A stretch of 63,567 nt of DNA from Acidobacteriota bacterium (GCA_046727855.1 JBKPDL010000027.1:1-63567), one strand, 5' to 3'. Numbered from the stretch's first letter, positions 9,881-19,714 are shown. The notes: a model not told the origin generated them from the letters alone. Program-made: numbers and translations.

Positions 9881-12523
9881 TCACCTCATGTACATGAACT
9901 CATCGAGGTTGAGGAGCACATGCGTGAAAGACTCCAGCGATTGCTTCGAGATGAGATCCAGCGCGACAGCGTATTCCGCTCTTGCCGGCGGCCGTCCGAG
10001 CGTGATGCCATACGCGACGTTCACTTGTGACTCCGGATTGCGCGCCTGCTGCCGCACGCGCTCCGCCAGGCGTTGGGCCTGTGAGAGCACGAACGGATTG
10101 TTCAGCAGCGTCAGCGCCTGCGTGGGGACCGTCGAGACATTTCGCGCGCCGGCAACCACGTTCATGTCCGGATGATCGAACGTGTCGAACATTGGATACG
10201 GCAGCGATCGCCGCCGGTAGACGTACACGCCGCGCCGCCATGCCCCAGGTCCGTCGGGGGTGTTCTCCCACTTGCCGCGGAACTGCCCCGTGAGAATGTC
10301 TTTCGGAATGAACGGAAAGATCGGCGGTCCGCCGATCTCGAGATTGATGTTGCCGCCGGCGACGAGCATATTGTCGCGCACGATCTCCGCATCGAGCCGC
10401 TGCGGACGGAAACGCCACAGATAGCGGTTCTCGGGATCCGCGGCGAGGTTGGCTGCGTCATCGAAGCTCGAGGCCATCTGGTACGCCTCGGACATCATCA
10501 TCAGCTTGTTGATCTGCTTGATGCGCCACCCGCCGTTCATGAACTCGACAGCCAACCAATCCAGCAACTCCGGGTGTGTGGGCGGTTCGCCCATCTTGCC
10601 GAAGTTGTCGAGTGTCGCGACGATGCCGCGTCCGAAGTGTTTCTGCCATAGCCGATTGACGATCACCCGCGCGGTGAGCGGGTTCTGCGCGGATGCAATC
10701 CACTGCGCCAACGCGAGCCGCCGGCCCGATGTGTGGCCGTCGCGCCGGGCGATCTCAGCCGGCGGGTTCCCGTAGGTGGCGACTTGCACGAACCCCGGCT
10801 TCATCGCCGGGCCACGGCTTTCAGGATCGCCGCGAACCAGGAAGTACGAAGGCGGCACTTCGTAGCGTCCCGGGCCTTCGTGCAGGTAGCTGCCGGGGAA
10901 CGGCGGCGGAATGCGGCATTTCGGGCAACTGACAACGTCATCGCCCTCGCCGAGCGGAGCGAAGCGATAGTCACCGTCGGTGACGATCTCCGCCATCGGC
11001 AGCGGCTCGGGCCGCTCGCGTTCGAGCGCAGCGATCTGCGCGACAAGATCGGTCTTTGCGGCGAGCTCGGTTGCCGATAGTGCTTTGTCGATCTCGGGGC
11101 CAGGCACGTTGACAGCTTCCAACACCTGAATCGCGAGAAGTCTCTCCCCTGCCGTGCGCTCGGCTTCCGGCTTGGCCGCGGCCCGGTAGATGGCGTCGGA
11201 GAATCGGCTCTTGATCAACGCGAGCTTGAGCCGATCGCGGTGCGGCTTCTCGATTGCGGCGATTTGGGTCCGCAGCTCGTCGCGTCTGGCGTCCAGTTGC
11301 GCGTTCTTCGTCACGTAGGCCGTCGCCTCCTCCGGTGGCGCGAGCGGCACGACGGTTTCGACGTATCCGAAGATCGACGCCTGGAGCGCGTAATAGTCTC
11401 GCTGCCTGATTGGATCGAACTTGTGATCGTGGCATCGCGCGCACCCGATCGTGAGGCCGAGCGTGCCCTTCCCGATCGCGGTCATCACATCGTCGAGATA
11501 ATCAAAGCGCCGCTCGGGATTGTCCTTCTCGCGGAACAACACGCGCGGTCCCGCACGCAAAAACCCCGTGGCGATGAGGCTGTCCTGAGTCCTCCCATCC
11601 ATCTCGTCGCCGGCGATCTGCTCGCTGAGGAAGACGGTGTACGGCTTGTCTTCGTTGAACGAACGGATCACGTAGTCGCGATAGCGCCACGCGTTGGGAC
11701 GATGGGCGTCGTACTCGAAGCCGGATGAATCGGCGTAACGCGCCACGTCGAGCCAATGGCGGCCGTAGCGTTCGCCGTAGTGCGGCGAAGCGAGCAGCGT
11801 GTCGATCAAGCGCTCCCATGCGTCCGGTCTTTCGTCGGCCACGAAACGAGCGACCTCGTCCGGCGAGGGTGGCAAGCCGAGAAGATCCAGATACGCACGA
11901 CGCACGAGCGTTCTTCGATCGGCGCGAGGCGCGCGCGTTAACTTGCGCTTCGCACGCTCGAATTCGAGGAAGCGGTCGATCGGATTGTCGGAACCGAGAC
12001 GCGACACGGTGGGCGTAGGCGCCTGAACGGGGAGCTTGAACGCCCAATAGCTGCGTTCCGCCGCCGTGATCGGACGATCCTCGAGCGCGGCGATCGCCGA
12101 AGTGGACGCGCTCAACGTCGCCGTGGCAGCCATATCCCACTTCGCGCCTTCATCGATCCAGCGCTTGACGTCAGCAACTTGCTCGGCCGTGAGCGGCGTC
12201 CCGCGCATCGGCATCGCGGGCTCTTCGAGGCCCGCCACATGGCGATAGAGGCGGCTTTGTTCGGCGGTACCCGGCACCAGCGCGGCGCCGCGCGCGCCGC
12301 CGGCGATGGCCGATTCGCGCGTCCGAAGGTCGAGACGCGAGAGCTTCAGCTTTTCGCCGTGGCATCCCAGGCACTTCTCTTCGAGGATCGGCCGGATAGT
12401 CGCGGCGAAATCCACGCCACGCTGGGCGTTTGGAGCGTCCGGCGCCTGCGCATCCGAAGAGGCGACCACTTGCAGAACGATGGCGAATCCGAGGCCGAAC
12501 GAGGCGAGCGAACGTGGCAGCAC
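9881..12523 (-). CDS. planctomycete-type cytochrome c protein (PSCyt1 + DUF1549 + DUF1553)
   Basis: CLGCH and CARCH heme motifs; WLDVARYADS, PTHPELLDWLA, RLDAEIVRD. Confidence 0.9.
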   Translation of the reverse strand: MLPRSLASFGLGFAIVLQVVASSDAQAPDAPNAQRGVDFAATIRPILEEKCLGCHGEKLKLSRLDLRTRESAIAGGARGAALVPGTAEQSRLYRHVAGLEEPAMPMRGTPLTAEQVADVKRWIDEGAKWDMAATATLSASTSAIAALEDRPITAAERSYWAFKLPVQAPTPTVSRLGSDNPIDRFLEFERAKRKLTRAPRADRRTLVRRAYLDLLGLPPSPDEVARFVADERPDAWERLIDTLLASPHYGERYGRHWLDVARYADSSGFEYDAHRPNAWRYRDYVIRSFNEDKPYTVFLSEQIAGDEMDGRTQDSLIATGFLRAGPRVLFREKDNPERRFDYLDDVMTAIGKGTLGLTIGCARCHDHKFDPIRQRDYYALQASIFGYVETVVPLAPPEEATAYVTKNAQLDARRDELRTQIAAIEKPHRDRLKLALIKSRFSDAIYRAAAKPEAERTAGERLLAIQVLEAVNVPGPEIDKALSATELAAKTDLVAQIAALERERPEPLPMAEIVTDGDYRFAPLGEGDDVVSCPKCRIPPPFPGSYLHEGPGRYEVPPSYFLVRGDPESRGPAMKPGFVQVATYGNPPAEIARRDGHTSGRRLALAQWIASAQNPLTARVIVNRLWQKHFGRGIVATLDNFGKMGEPPTHPELLDWLAVEFMNGGWRIKQINKLMMMSEAYQMASSFDDAANLAADPENRYLWRFRPQRLDAEIVRDNMLVAGGNINLEIGGPPIFPFIPKDILTGQFRGKWENTPDGPGAWRRGVYVYRRRSLPYPMFDTFDHPDMNVVAGARNVSTVPTQALTLLNNPFVLSQAQRLAERVRQQARNPESQVNVAYGITLGRPPARAEYAVALDLISKQSLESFTHVLLNLDEFMYMR

Positions 12524-12542
12524 GGCACTCCCTCCTTGGTGC

Positions 12543-13064
12543 TCAAACCGGTCCTGTGTGCCTCATTATGGCGAGATCGCGTAACAGCGTCCACGACGTA
12601 CCTGACTGTCCGACGCGGCGAAAGCGCTCGCTCTCGTACAACGCTCTGGCGCGATTATCCGGGCTGACGCTGAGACTCAACGCGGTATATGCATCGCTCT
12701 GCGCCGTGTCGATGAGCGCGCGAAGGAGCGCGCGGCCAACGCCTTCGGAGCGATGTTTGCGCACGACAGCGATGCCCAGCTCAGGGATATCCGGGCTCAC
12801 AAACCCGTACGAGTGGACTTCCGGCGTCCACAAACGGAACCACGCCGCTCCAACTCGCTCGCCCCCGGGCGTCATCGCGATCAGCGCGCGATCGCCAGCC
12901 CTCCCCCACCCCGCAAACATCTTCGCGAATTCTGGCTGCGCGCGGAAACGACTCAGCTCCGGACGCTCGATGCGATCATCCCAGAAGAACGCCTCGAAGA
13001 GCATTTCCTCGATGAAGGGCAGATCTGATGGGTCGCTGGCACGGATCGTTAGTCGATCGTCCAA
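12543..13064 (-). CDS. GNAT family N-acetyltransferase (paralog of 30170-30688)
   Basis: ELGIAVVRKHRSEGVG, NRARALYESE; TTG start inferred from alignment to the paralog. Confidence 0.8.
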   Translation of the reverse strand: MDDRLTIRASDPSDLPFIEEMLFEAFFWDDRIERPELSRFRAQPEFAKMFAGWGRAGDRALIAMTPGGERVGAAWFRLWTPEVHSYGFVSPDIPELGIAVVRKHRSEGVGRALLRALIDTAQSDAYTALSLSVSPDNRARALYESERFRRVGQSGTSWTLLRDLAIMRHTGPV

Positions 13065-13408
13065 AGTCCACGACCGATCCTGTGTTATCACTGTGGTTCC
13101 ATCGTCCAGCCTGCTAAGCGATCTCCACACGCTTGAGGCGAGCGAGGCTACACCCCACTACACAACAGATTCAAGGACTAACGCCAAGGTCGTCGCGGTT
13201 GTCGTACCGAAGACCCGTTTCGTGACGTCCATCGTCCAGGTCTCCTGGCCTCCGTCGCGCACCTTACCAGATTCCTCGAGTCGCGTAGCATAACCAGCGG
13301 GTTCTGTAGAGTCTGGTGGTCCCGTCGCATTGACTGCCATGTGCGCCTGCATGGCGGTCGGCGTTATCATCCGGTGGAGAACGCGTCGTGCCAAGAAAGA
13401 GGTGATCT

Positions 13409-13888
13409 ATGCGCGCACCTACCGTGTTGCTCACCATTCTGTTGGCGATCGGGCCGATCGCCTGCGCGTCTCGGTCCGGCGAGCCGTTCGATCAGGCCGA
13501 CCGCGAGGCAATCACCAAATTCATTGCGGATTTTGTCGTCGTGTACAACGCCAAGGATTCGGCCAAGGTCGCTCAACACTTCGTCGATAACGGGGCTGTG
13601 ATGCCGCCCAACGCGTCGACCGTCACCGGCACTGACAGCGTTCGAATGTATTACGACAGGCGCTTCGCGCAGGGAGCAACCGACCTGAAACTGGAAACCG
13701 CCGACATCGTCGGCGCCGGGAGCCTGGCATATGCGACGGGGAATTACTGGCTGAATATGGCTCCTCCGGGCGGCGAAGTGCGTCGCGACCGGGGCAAGTT
13801 CATTTTCATCCTGCGCGAACGCCGCGGCGCGTGGCTCCTGGAGCGGCTCATGTTCAGCAGCGACTTTGCCCCTCAGGCCAGCAGCTGA
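13409..13888 (+). CDS. DUF4440/SnoaL-like lipoprotein
   Basis: Lipobox IAC; AVMPPNA, DRGKFIFILRE..GAW. Confidence 0.8.
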   Translation: MRAPTVLLTILLAIGPIACASRSGEPFDQADREAITKFIADFVVVYNAKDSAKVAQHFVDNGAVMPPNASTVTGTDSVRMYYDRRFAQGATDLKLETADIVGAGSLAYATGNYWLNMAPPGGEVRRDRGKFIFILRERRGAWLLERLMFSSDFAPQASS

Positions 13889-13952
13889 TCGCGGCGGCAC
13901 GGACGATCCGTTTTGCCAGTTCAGCAGGTTCAGTGCCTCTTTTTCCGACCTG

Positions 13953-14213
13953 CTAAAGAATGCCCTTGCACTGCAGCACGTTGTAGAAAACGCCAACCAG
14001 ATACGTCAAACAGAACCCCCCCACCAACGCCGGTTCGAGCACGCGCGCTCTGAAGCGCGCGCGGCGGGCGGAGCGCTCGGCCTGAAGCTGACGGCGCGCG
14101 ATTGCTGCGTGGCAGCGCGCGCGGACTCGTTCGAGCCGCGCCTGGTCGGGCGTCAGCACCGATACACGGTGCAGATCGCGCAGCAGTTGGTCATCGAGTT
14201 CGTCGATTGTCAT
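13953..14213 (-). CDS. small single-TM protein, putative anti-sigma factor
   Basis: ATGA overlap with the ECF gene; C-terminal hydrophobic helix. Confidence 0.6.
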   Translation of the reverse strand: MTIDELDDQLLRDLHRVSVLTPDQARLERVRARCHAAIARRQLQAERSARRARFRARVLEPALVGGFCLTYLVGVFYNVLQCKGIL

Positions 14214-14797
14214 GTGAGTGCCTCACGTAGCGCCGCGAGACGCGTTGCGCGGTTGTTATCGAGCCGCTCGGCTATCAGAGCACGCGCTCTGCTCAATCGC
14301 TGGCGCATTGCCTCAGGCGTAATGCCGCATACCGCGGCCGCGTCTGCAGGGCGCATACCTTCGACACCCACCAGCAGCACGGCCTCGCGGTAGGTGACGG
14401 GTAGCGTTCCCAGCGCAGCCTCGAGGCGCCGCTCGGCTTCGCTTGCTGCCGTTATCTCAAAAGGCGAAGGTTGCGGCGATCCGAACGGCCACAGCCCGAT
14501 CAAACCCCCGGCATGGGAGTCTTCCACGAGCCGCGATCGGCGATAGCTCACATAGAGATTGCGGGCGACGGTAAAGAGCCATGGACCAAGGCGCGTGTCG
14601 TCACGGAGTGCCGCGCAACGGTGAACCAGGCGCAGCCAGGTTTCCTCGAGGAGATCCTCAGCCACATCGTGGCGCCGCGAGAGTCGCGCCAGGAAGTTGA
14701 AAAGGGGCGTGTTGAACCGCTCGTGCACGACATCGAAGGCAGCGGCGTCTCCTGCGCGCAGGCGGACGACGAGCGCCAGCTCCGACTCTCGATCCAT
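14210..14797 (-). CDS. ECF RNA polymerase sigma factor
   Basis: AEDLLEETWL, WLFTVARN (region 2); LPVTYREAVLL..MRQRLSRAR (region 4). Confidence 0.9.
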   Translation of the reverse strand: MDRESELALVVRLRAGDAAAFDVVHERFNTPLFNFLARLSRRHDVAEDLLEETWLRLVHRCAALRDDTRLGPWLFTVARNLYVSYRRSRLVEDSHAGGLIGLWPFGSPQPSPFEITAASEAERRLEAALGTLPVTYREAVLLVGVEGMRPADAAAVCGITPEAMRQRLSRARALIAERLDNNRATRLAALREALT

Positions 14798-14804
14798 ACA
14801 GGTC

Positions 14805-14861
14805 ATAACGCACAGCCCTGCGAATCGTGACAATGTCACGTCTCAGCGCCGGCCGCGTTAT
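14805..14861. promoter_or_regulatory. two divergent ECF-type promoters TGTCACG-N14-GCGTTAT
   Basis: Plus: 14834-14840 and 14855-14861; minus: 14832-14826 and 14811-14805; identical boxes and spacing. Confidence 0.8.
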
Positions 14862-14881
14862 TACAGCGGAGGGACGGCACC

Positions 14882-15220
14882 ATGCTCACTGTTCTGCGGC
14901 ATGTCAGCATCGTTGGGCTGCTGAGCATGCTGGTGACGCTTTTTCCGTTGGTCGCCGGCGTCGCTTACGCACTTCGTCCGACGGAACAGCGGCTGGCGCT
15001 GATGCGGCCGATATCGCTCGCCGCTCTGTTCGCGGGGCTGTGCGGTACGGCGCTAGGCGCACTGAACGTTCTTCGTGGGATCGGGGTGAGTGAGACTCCA
15101 GTTCCGCCTCGCATTGTCGCGATCGGCTCCGCCGAAGCGCTCGTGCCGCTTTTCATGGCGTTTGGATGCCTCACCGTCGCATGGCTGTGCGTCGCGTTCG
15201 GACTGAGGCGGCACTCCTAA
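14882..15220 (+). CDS. small 3-TM membrane protein, divergent from the ECF sigma gene
   Basis: Three hydrophobic segments; GGAGG RBS. Confidence 0.7.
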   Translation: MLTVLRHVSIVGLLSMLVTLFPLVAGVAYALRPTEQRLALMRPISLAALFAGLCGTALGALNVLRGIGVSETPVPPRIVAIGSAEALVPLFMAFGCLTVAWLCVAFGLRRHS

Positions 15221-15226
15221 TGGCGG

Positions 15227-15327
15227 CCAAATCCGCAAATCCGCAAATCTCCAAATCCCCAAATCTCCAAATTTGCAAATCTCTAAATCAGCTCCAAATC
15301 TCCAAATCTCAACATCTCCAGATTCGG
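15227..15327. repeat. octamer (CTCCAAAT) array element, right-arm-only copy 1
   Basis: Degenerate 8-bp tandem units ending CCAGATTCGG. Confidence 0.9.
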
Positions 15328-15336
15328 AGCTCACCA

Positions 15337-15540
15337 TCAGTGCACAATCACATCATCTTGATCTTCAACTTCCAGGTGGGGAACGTCGAGTGTGCGCACG
15401 GCCTCGATCGCCTGCACCATGGCGGCATCTACTTTCGATCCGCGCTGCGCCGTCCGCAGTTCGTGACGTAATTGTCTGAGCGCGCGCAGCACCCGTGATC
15501 GGTCAAATCGTTGTCCCTGACAGTGATCGCAAAAGCTCAT
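15337..15540 (-). CDS. small hypothetical protein with N-terminal CxxC
   Basis: MSFCDHCQG...; GAGG upstream of ATG 15540. Confidence 0.55.
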   Translation of the reverse strand: MSFCDHCQGQRFDRSRVLRALRQLRHELRTAQRGSKVDAAMVQAIEAVRTLDVPHLEVEDQDDVIVH

Positions 15541-15603
15541 GCGTATAACCTCAATGCTTTCCGCAGAATACTTCGTTAGGTTGCCCACTCGCAGAACGCC
15601 GCG

Positions 15604-16083
15604 TCAAGCGTCGCCACATCGTCTGTTCGGGCATCTGGTGGGCGGAAATGGCTTCCTGAATGTAAAGACGTCCGGCGACGGTCCACGCTGCTTGAGAAGC
15701 TCCAAGCGCTCAATCGCTTCCGCGACGGTTGGAATGTGGCCGACCGGAATCCACCAGAGTGCGAGGATTGGACCATCGATCGGCTCAAACCACTGCCTTC
15801 TGTCGCGAAGCGGCGCGGCGTGCGCGCTGCGGTATACGAACTGCTGAAGCGTTTCGAGTGACTCCCATACCGACATGTTGATGGCCATACGTTCGTCGCC
15901 AGCGAAAGGTCGGATCCCCATGGCGCTGCCCTGCTCGGTCTGAAGTCGCCACACGAATCCCGGTGTGGCATCGGCCAGCGCGTTGATCACGTCCAGTTGG
16001 TTGCGGAAGCCGTCCATGAGCGGGTCTTCGAGCGGCGCTCGGATGCGTCCGATGTTCACCTGTGCGATACGGAAACGCGTCAC
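15604..16083 (-). CDS. DUF3291 family protein
   Basis: IAQVNIG, PGFVWRLQ, NMSVWESLE, LWWIPVGHIP. Confidence 0.9.
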   Translation of the reverse strand: MTRFRIAQVNIGRIRAPLEDPLMDGFRNQLDVINALADATPGFVWRLQTEQGSAMGIRPFAGDERMAINMSVWESLETLQQFVYRSAHAAPLRDRRQWFEPIDGPILALWWIPVGHIPTVAEAIERLELLKQRGPSPDVFTFRKPFPPTRCPNRRCGDA

Positions 16084-16100
16084 CAGTTCCTCCGTTTCTG

Positions 16101-16472
16101 CTACTCATCAGAGGCTAATACGCGTTCGACCGCTGCGGCAATCGCCTTGATTTCCGTTGGCCGGGTGACGACGTGGAATCCGCGCTGGTGAAGCTCCGCA
16201 GCTGACACGGAGCCCAGGGCGGTGATGACGACGACACGCGCGGACGGCGCCAGCGCGCGTATCTCATCGAGGACCGTTTCGGGATCGCGTAGCCCTCGGA
16301 GATCGAGAACGACCGCGCGCGGTTTTGCCTGTGCCTGGAAATAACGGCGTGGCACTGGCCAACCCTCGGCCGCGTTGGCTCTGTACCCGTTCTCGATTAG
16401 TTGTGCGACCAGGAGTGCGTGGAGCGGCCACTCAGGGGCTATCACCAGGACGTCGGGGCGCGATACCTGCAC
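16101..16472 (-). CDS. atypical receiver-domain-like protein
   Basis: CheY-like pattern (PRAVVLDL, VVVITA, TRP) with degenerate acidic pocket and Lys. Confidence 0.55.
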   Translation of the reverse strand: MQVSRPDVLVIAPEWPLHALLVAQLIENGYRANAAEGWPVPRRYFQAQAKPRAVVLDLRGLRDPETVLDEIRALAPSARVVVITALGSVSAAELHQRGFHVVTRPTEIKAIAAAVERVLASDE

Positions 16473-16501
16473 AGTCGAAACATACCGCCGCTCGCCGCCC
16501 G

Positions 16502-16525
16502 GAAAAGGGGTCAGACCCCCTTTTC
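16502..16525. repeat. AAAAGGGGTCAGACCCCTTTT-type REP-like palindrome
   Basis: Palindrome; related copies at 16978, 43299, 62127. Confidence 0.85.
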
Positions 16526-16910
16526 ACCTCGCGAAAGGCGCGCGAGCACTGCCGCTGCCACCAGGGCCACAAGAAACGCTGGAGCCGCTGTGACGATCGG
16601 CCATACGACGAGTGCGAGGAGCCAGGCGGGACGAATGGTCGACGCGGCCGAGAGCGAATGAAGCATGCCTGCCACGGCAAGAGCCATCGCGCCGATCGCC
16701 ACAGCGGATGCGGCGTGCAGCGCCGTCTGAGCTCCTGCGACGCGTCTCCCATTGCGCGATCATGGGTTGACGCCCGCGTCAGGGTCGATCCTGCCGGTCC
16801 GTGCTATGCGGTATCCAGACGTTTGAGCCGCGCAAGGCTGCCACCAACGACGCCGATGCCAACGTGGCCGAGGTAAGCCACCTGCACGATCGCCGTGCCG
16901 AGAATTCCCA
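16511..16910 (-). pseudogene. decayed membrane-protein gene between two palindromes
   Basis: Hydrophobic segments in two frames (LGILGTAIVQVAYLG..; AVAIGAMALAVAGML..) separated by stops. Confidence 0.4.
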
Positions 16911-16977
16911 AGGCTGCGAGCCGCGGAGATTACGATCACTGCGATCGCTGCCGCTAGGGAAGGCTGTGCGTCGCGCG

Positions 16978-17001
16978 GAAAAGGGGTTACACCGCTTTTT
17001 C
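16978..17001. repeat. degenerate AAAAGGGG...TTTT REP-like palindrome
   Basis: GAAAAGGGGTTACACCGCTTTTTC. Confidence 0.65.
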
Positions 17002-17011
17002 GCAGCGCGAT

Positions 17012-17785
17012 TCAACTTCGTCCCAAGTGTTGCGACACGGCGACCAGTCGATCGGTTTGTCCGGCTGCGATCGAATTGTCGTATGCGCCGAAGAACCGCA
17101 GTCTGCCGAAGCCGCACTGTGCCGACAGCGCCTGCAGCTCTTCGCGCGACCAGCAGCGCATCACAAACACGTAATCGCTGCAGCGCTCGCCGTTGTTGGT
17201 GAGGAGCGCATGCTGCTCGGTCACCACGAGCCGTCGATTCTCGCGATCGACCTCGGTGACGCTGGTAAACGTGAGGCGGCCACAATCGGTGAGCACGCGC
17301 TTGCGGAACAGCGGTTCGCGCGTCTTGCGCTCCGCGGTTGCCTCCCACTCGCGCACGTCGACAATCAACACCCCGCCGGGACGCAGGGCCCCAGAAAACG
17401 CGAGAAACGCGGATCGGCGCGCAGCGTCGTCAACGACGTCGTTGAGAACGCCGCGACAGAGAATCGCGTCATAGGACGCGGGCGGCAAGGCAAGAATGTC
17501 ACCGACGGTAAAGGAGACCAAACCGCCTCGATCCCCGGCTGCGCGCGTCGCCTGCTCGACGAGCTCTGGTGATGAATCGATGCCGCGAACGACGAAGCCG
17601 CGCCGCGCGAGCTCGATTGAGTATCGGCCAGTCCCGCACCCGGCATCGAGGATAGTCGCACCAGGAAGCACGCCGCGGTCGTTGAGCCACGAGACGATGG
17701 CGGCGCACTCCTTTCGAACCGGGCGTTCGATCAACAGGTCGAAGGCCCAGGCGTACTCGCTGTAAAACGGTCGCCGACGATCCAC
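17012..17785 (-). CDS. class I SAM-dependent methyltransferase
   Basis: ILDAGCGTGR, LRPGGVLIVD. Confidence 0.9.
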   Translation of the reverse strand: MDRRRPFYSEYAWAFDLLIERPVRKECAAIVSWLNDRGVLPGATILDAGCGTGRYSIELARRGFVVRGIDSSPELVEQATRAAGDRGGLVSFTVGDILALPPASYDAILCRGVLNDVVDDAARRSAFLAFSGALRPGGVLIVDVREWEATAERKTREPLFRKRVLTDCGRLTFTSVTEVDRENRRLVVTEQHALLTNNGERCSDYVFVMRCWSREELQALSAQCGFGRLRFFGAYDNSIAAGQTDRLVAVSQHLGRS

Positions 17786-17790
17786 TTTAG

Positions 17791-18228
17791 CTAGGTCCGG
17801 ACCGAGGACCTGCGCTGTGGGCGCTGGCGTGTTAGTCCGTCCTTTCCGCGCCCCAGATTCGCCGACAGACGCGCGACCGCCTCCTTGGCGCGGAGCTTCG
17901 CGATCCGCTCTATCAATCTGACCGGAACGGGCTCAGACAGAGGGAAGCGGATCGTGCCTTTCGTCACTGTGTAATCCGCAAGGTCCTTCTTCAGTGCGGC
18001 GAGCACCGGCGCGGTTGCGGGATACAGCGAGTAATGCTGCTTCCATCCGGCGAAATAGATCACAGGAACGCCGCGCCATTTATACGCTGGGATCTGGTAA
18101 CTGATCACTTCGTCGGCGTCTGGCACGGCCTTGCGCAGGATGCTGCGAACCTGCAGCAGGGTTGCGCGCACATCGTCCGGCTGCTTCGCCAGGTACTCGT
18201 CTACTGATTTGATGTCGGTCTTGGCCAT
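17791..18228 (-). CDS. DUF1801 (YdhG-like) protein
   Basis: SVDEYL, EVISYQIPAY, KGTIRFPL; start at ATG 18228. Confidence 0.85.
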   Translation of the reverse strand: MAKTDIKSVDEYLAKQPDDVRATLLQVRSILRKAVPDADEVISYQIPAYKWRGVPVIYFAGWKQHYSLYPATAPVLAALKKDLADYTVTKGTIRFPLSEPVPVRLIERIAKLRAKEAVARLSANLGRGKDGLTRQRPQRRSSVRT

Positions 18229-18430
18229 AACTGCGTGTCCCCTGCCTCGCGCGCGTCTCGGCTCGATCGCCAGCCACCTCGCCGTACCGAAACACGCCGC
18301 CTGTTGAGTGTGAACATGGTTGCTCCTTGGAGTTTTGGTGAACCGTCGAGGTGTGTGCGCATCACCTAACAGAGCGTCGCCGGACTCCAGCGATGGTTGC
18401 ACAGCAATGCGTTTTATGCACGTCCCACGT

Positions 18431-19714
18431 TCAGGCGATCGGTAGCTCTCGCGTCTCAGGCGCGACAATGACCGTGACGATGGTCACGAGCGCCATGGCA
18501 ATGACGTACGAGGCCAGCGCGCCGCGTCCATATGGGAGCAGCGCCGTAGCAATGAATGGTGAGAGGCCACCCGCAATTACGGACGCGAGCTGCGATCCAA
18601 GCGACGCGCCGCTGTAACGCACGCGCGTGCCAAAGAGCTCTGACAGGAACGCAGCCTGCGGTCCGTACATTGGTGAATGCGCAAAGACAAGTGCCACGAA
18701 AAGCGCAAGCCACACGAGCGGCGCTGAGCCGGTGTCGAGCAGCCAGAACAACGGATACGCGAAGAGTGCCGTGACACAGGCGCCAAACAGGTAAACGGGC
18801 CGGCGACCAAACCGATCCGACAACGATCCGCAAAACGGAATTGCGGCCAGTGCCGCCGCCGCACCAATGAGAATGCCGTTCAACAACGTCTGGCGCGAGA
18901 GACCCGCTCGCTGTGTGCCGTAGACGAGAACGAACACCGTATAGATGTAGAACGCGCCGTTTTCTGCCAGTCGGAGGCCCATTGCAACCAGCACTTCTTT
19001 GCGGTGGTTGCGAAGCACCTCGACAACCGGTCGCCGCGTCTCGCTTCTTGTCTCCTTCATACGCAAGAACAGCGGTGTTTCCAGAATCCGCAACCGGATC
19101 ACGAGGCCGACACCGACGAGCGCGATACTGACGAGAAAGGGAACGCGCCATCCCCACGAGAGGAACTGATCTTGTGGCAAGCGCGCGAACTGGGCGAACA
19201 CCGCAGTCGAGACAAGCAGTCCCGCCGGCACGCCCATCTGCGGCAAGCTTCCGTAGAATCCACGCGCGTTTGCAGGCGCGTGTTCCACCGCCATCAGCAC
19301 TGCACCGCCCCACTCGCCGCCGACGCCAAAGCCCTGAGCGAGACGGAGCGCCACGAGACACACAGCGGCCCACGGTCCGATCTGGTCATAGGTCGGCAAC
19401 AGGCCGATGGCAAACGTCGCCACGCCCATGATGGTCAGTGTGAGCACGAGCATCGACTTCCGTCCGATTCGGTCGCCGTAGTGTCCAATGATGATGCCGC
19501 CAATGGGTCGCGCAATGAAGCCGACGGCGTACGTGCCAAACGCCGCCAGCGTTCCGGCCAATGGATCGAACGTCGGGAAGTACAATCGGTTGAACACAAG
19601 AGCCGCGGCGGTGCCGTAGAGAAAGAAGTCGTACCACTCGATCGTGGTGCCGACGAGGCTCGCGAGCGCCACCAGGCGGATCGAACTCTTCTTCCCCTCT
19701 GTGGTGTTGACCAT
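18431..19714 (-). CDS. MFS transporter, metabolite:H+ symporter family (ShiA-like)
   Basis: GTTIEWYDFFLY, GDRIGRK, GGEWGGA, WGWRVPF. Confidence 0.92.
   Translation of the reverse strand: MVNTTEGKKSSIRLVALASLVGTTIEWYDFFLYGTAAALVFNRLYFPTFDPLAGTLAAFGTYAVGFIARPIGGIIIGHYGDRIGRKSMLVLTLTIMGVATFAIGLLPTYDQIGPWAAVCLVALRLAQGFGVGGEWGGAVLMAVEHAPANARGFYGSLPQMGVPAGLLVSTAVFAQFARLPQDQFLSWGWRVPFLVSIALVGVGLVIRLRILETPLFLRMKETRSETRRPVVEVLRNHRKEVLVAMGLRLAENGAFYIYTVFVLVYGTQRAGLSRQTLLNGILIGAAAALAAIPFCGSLSDRFGRRPVYLFGACVTALFAYPLFWLLDTGSAPLVWLALFVALVFAHSPMYGPQAAFLSELFGTRVRYSGASLGSQLASVIAGGLSPFIATALLPYGRGALASYVIAMALVTIVTVIVAPETRELPIA

Noticed and set aside
13158-13394. Short ORFs in unassigned gaps (also 22560-22780, 24403-24710, 25820-26040, 26735-26990, 31920-32460, 45815-46170)
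   Set aside because: No recognisable family and no convincing start; some may be eroded genes but cannot be called.
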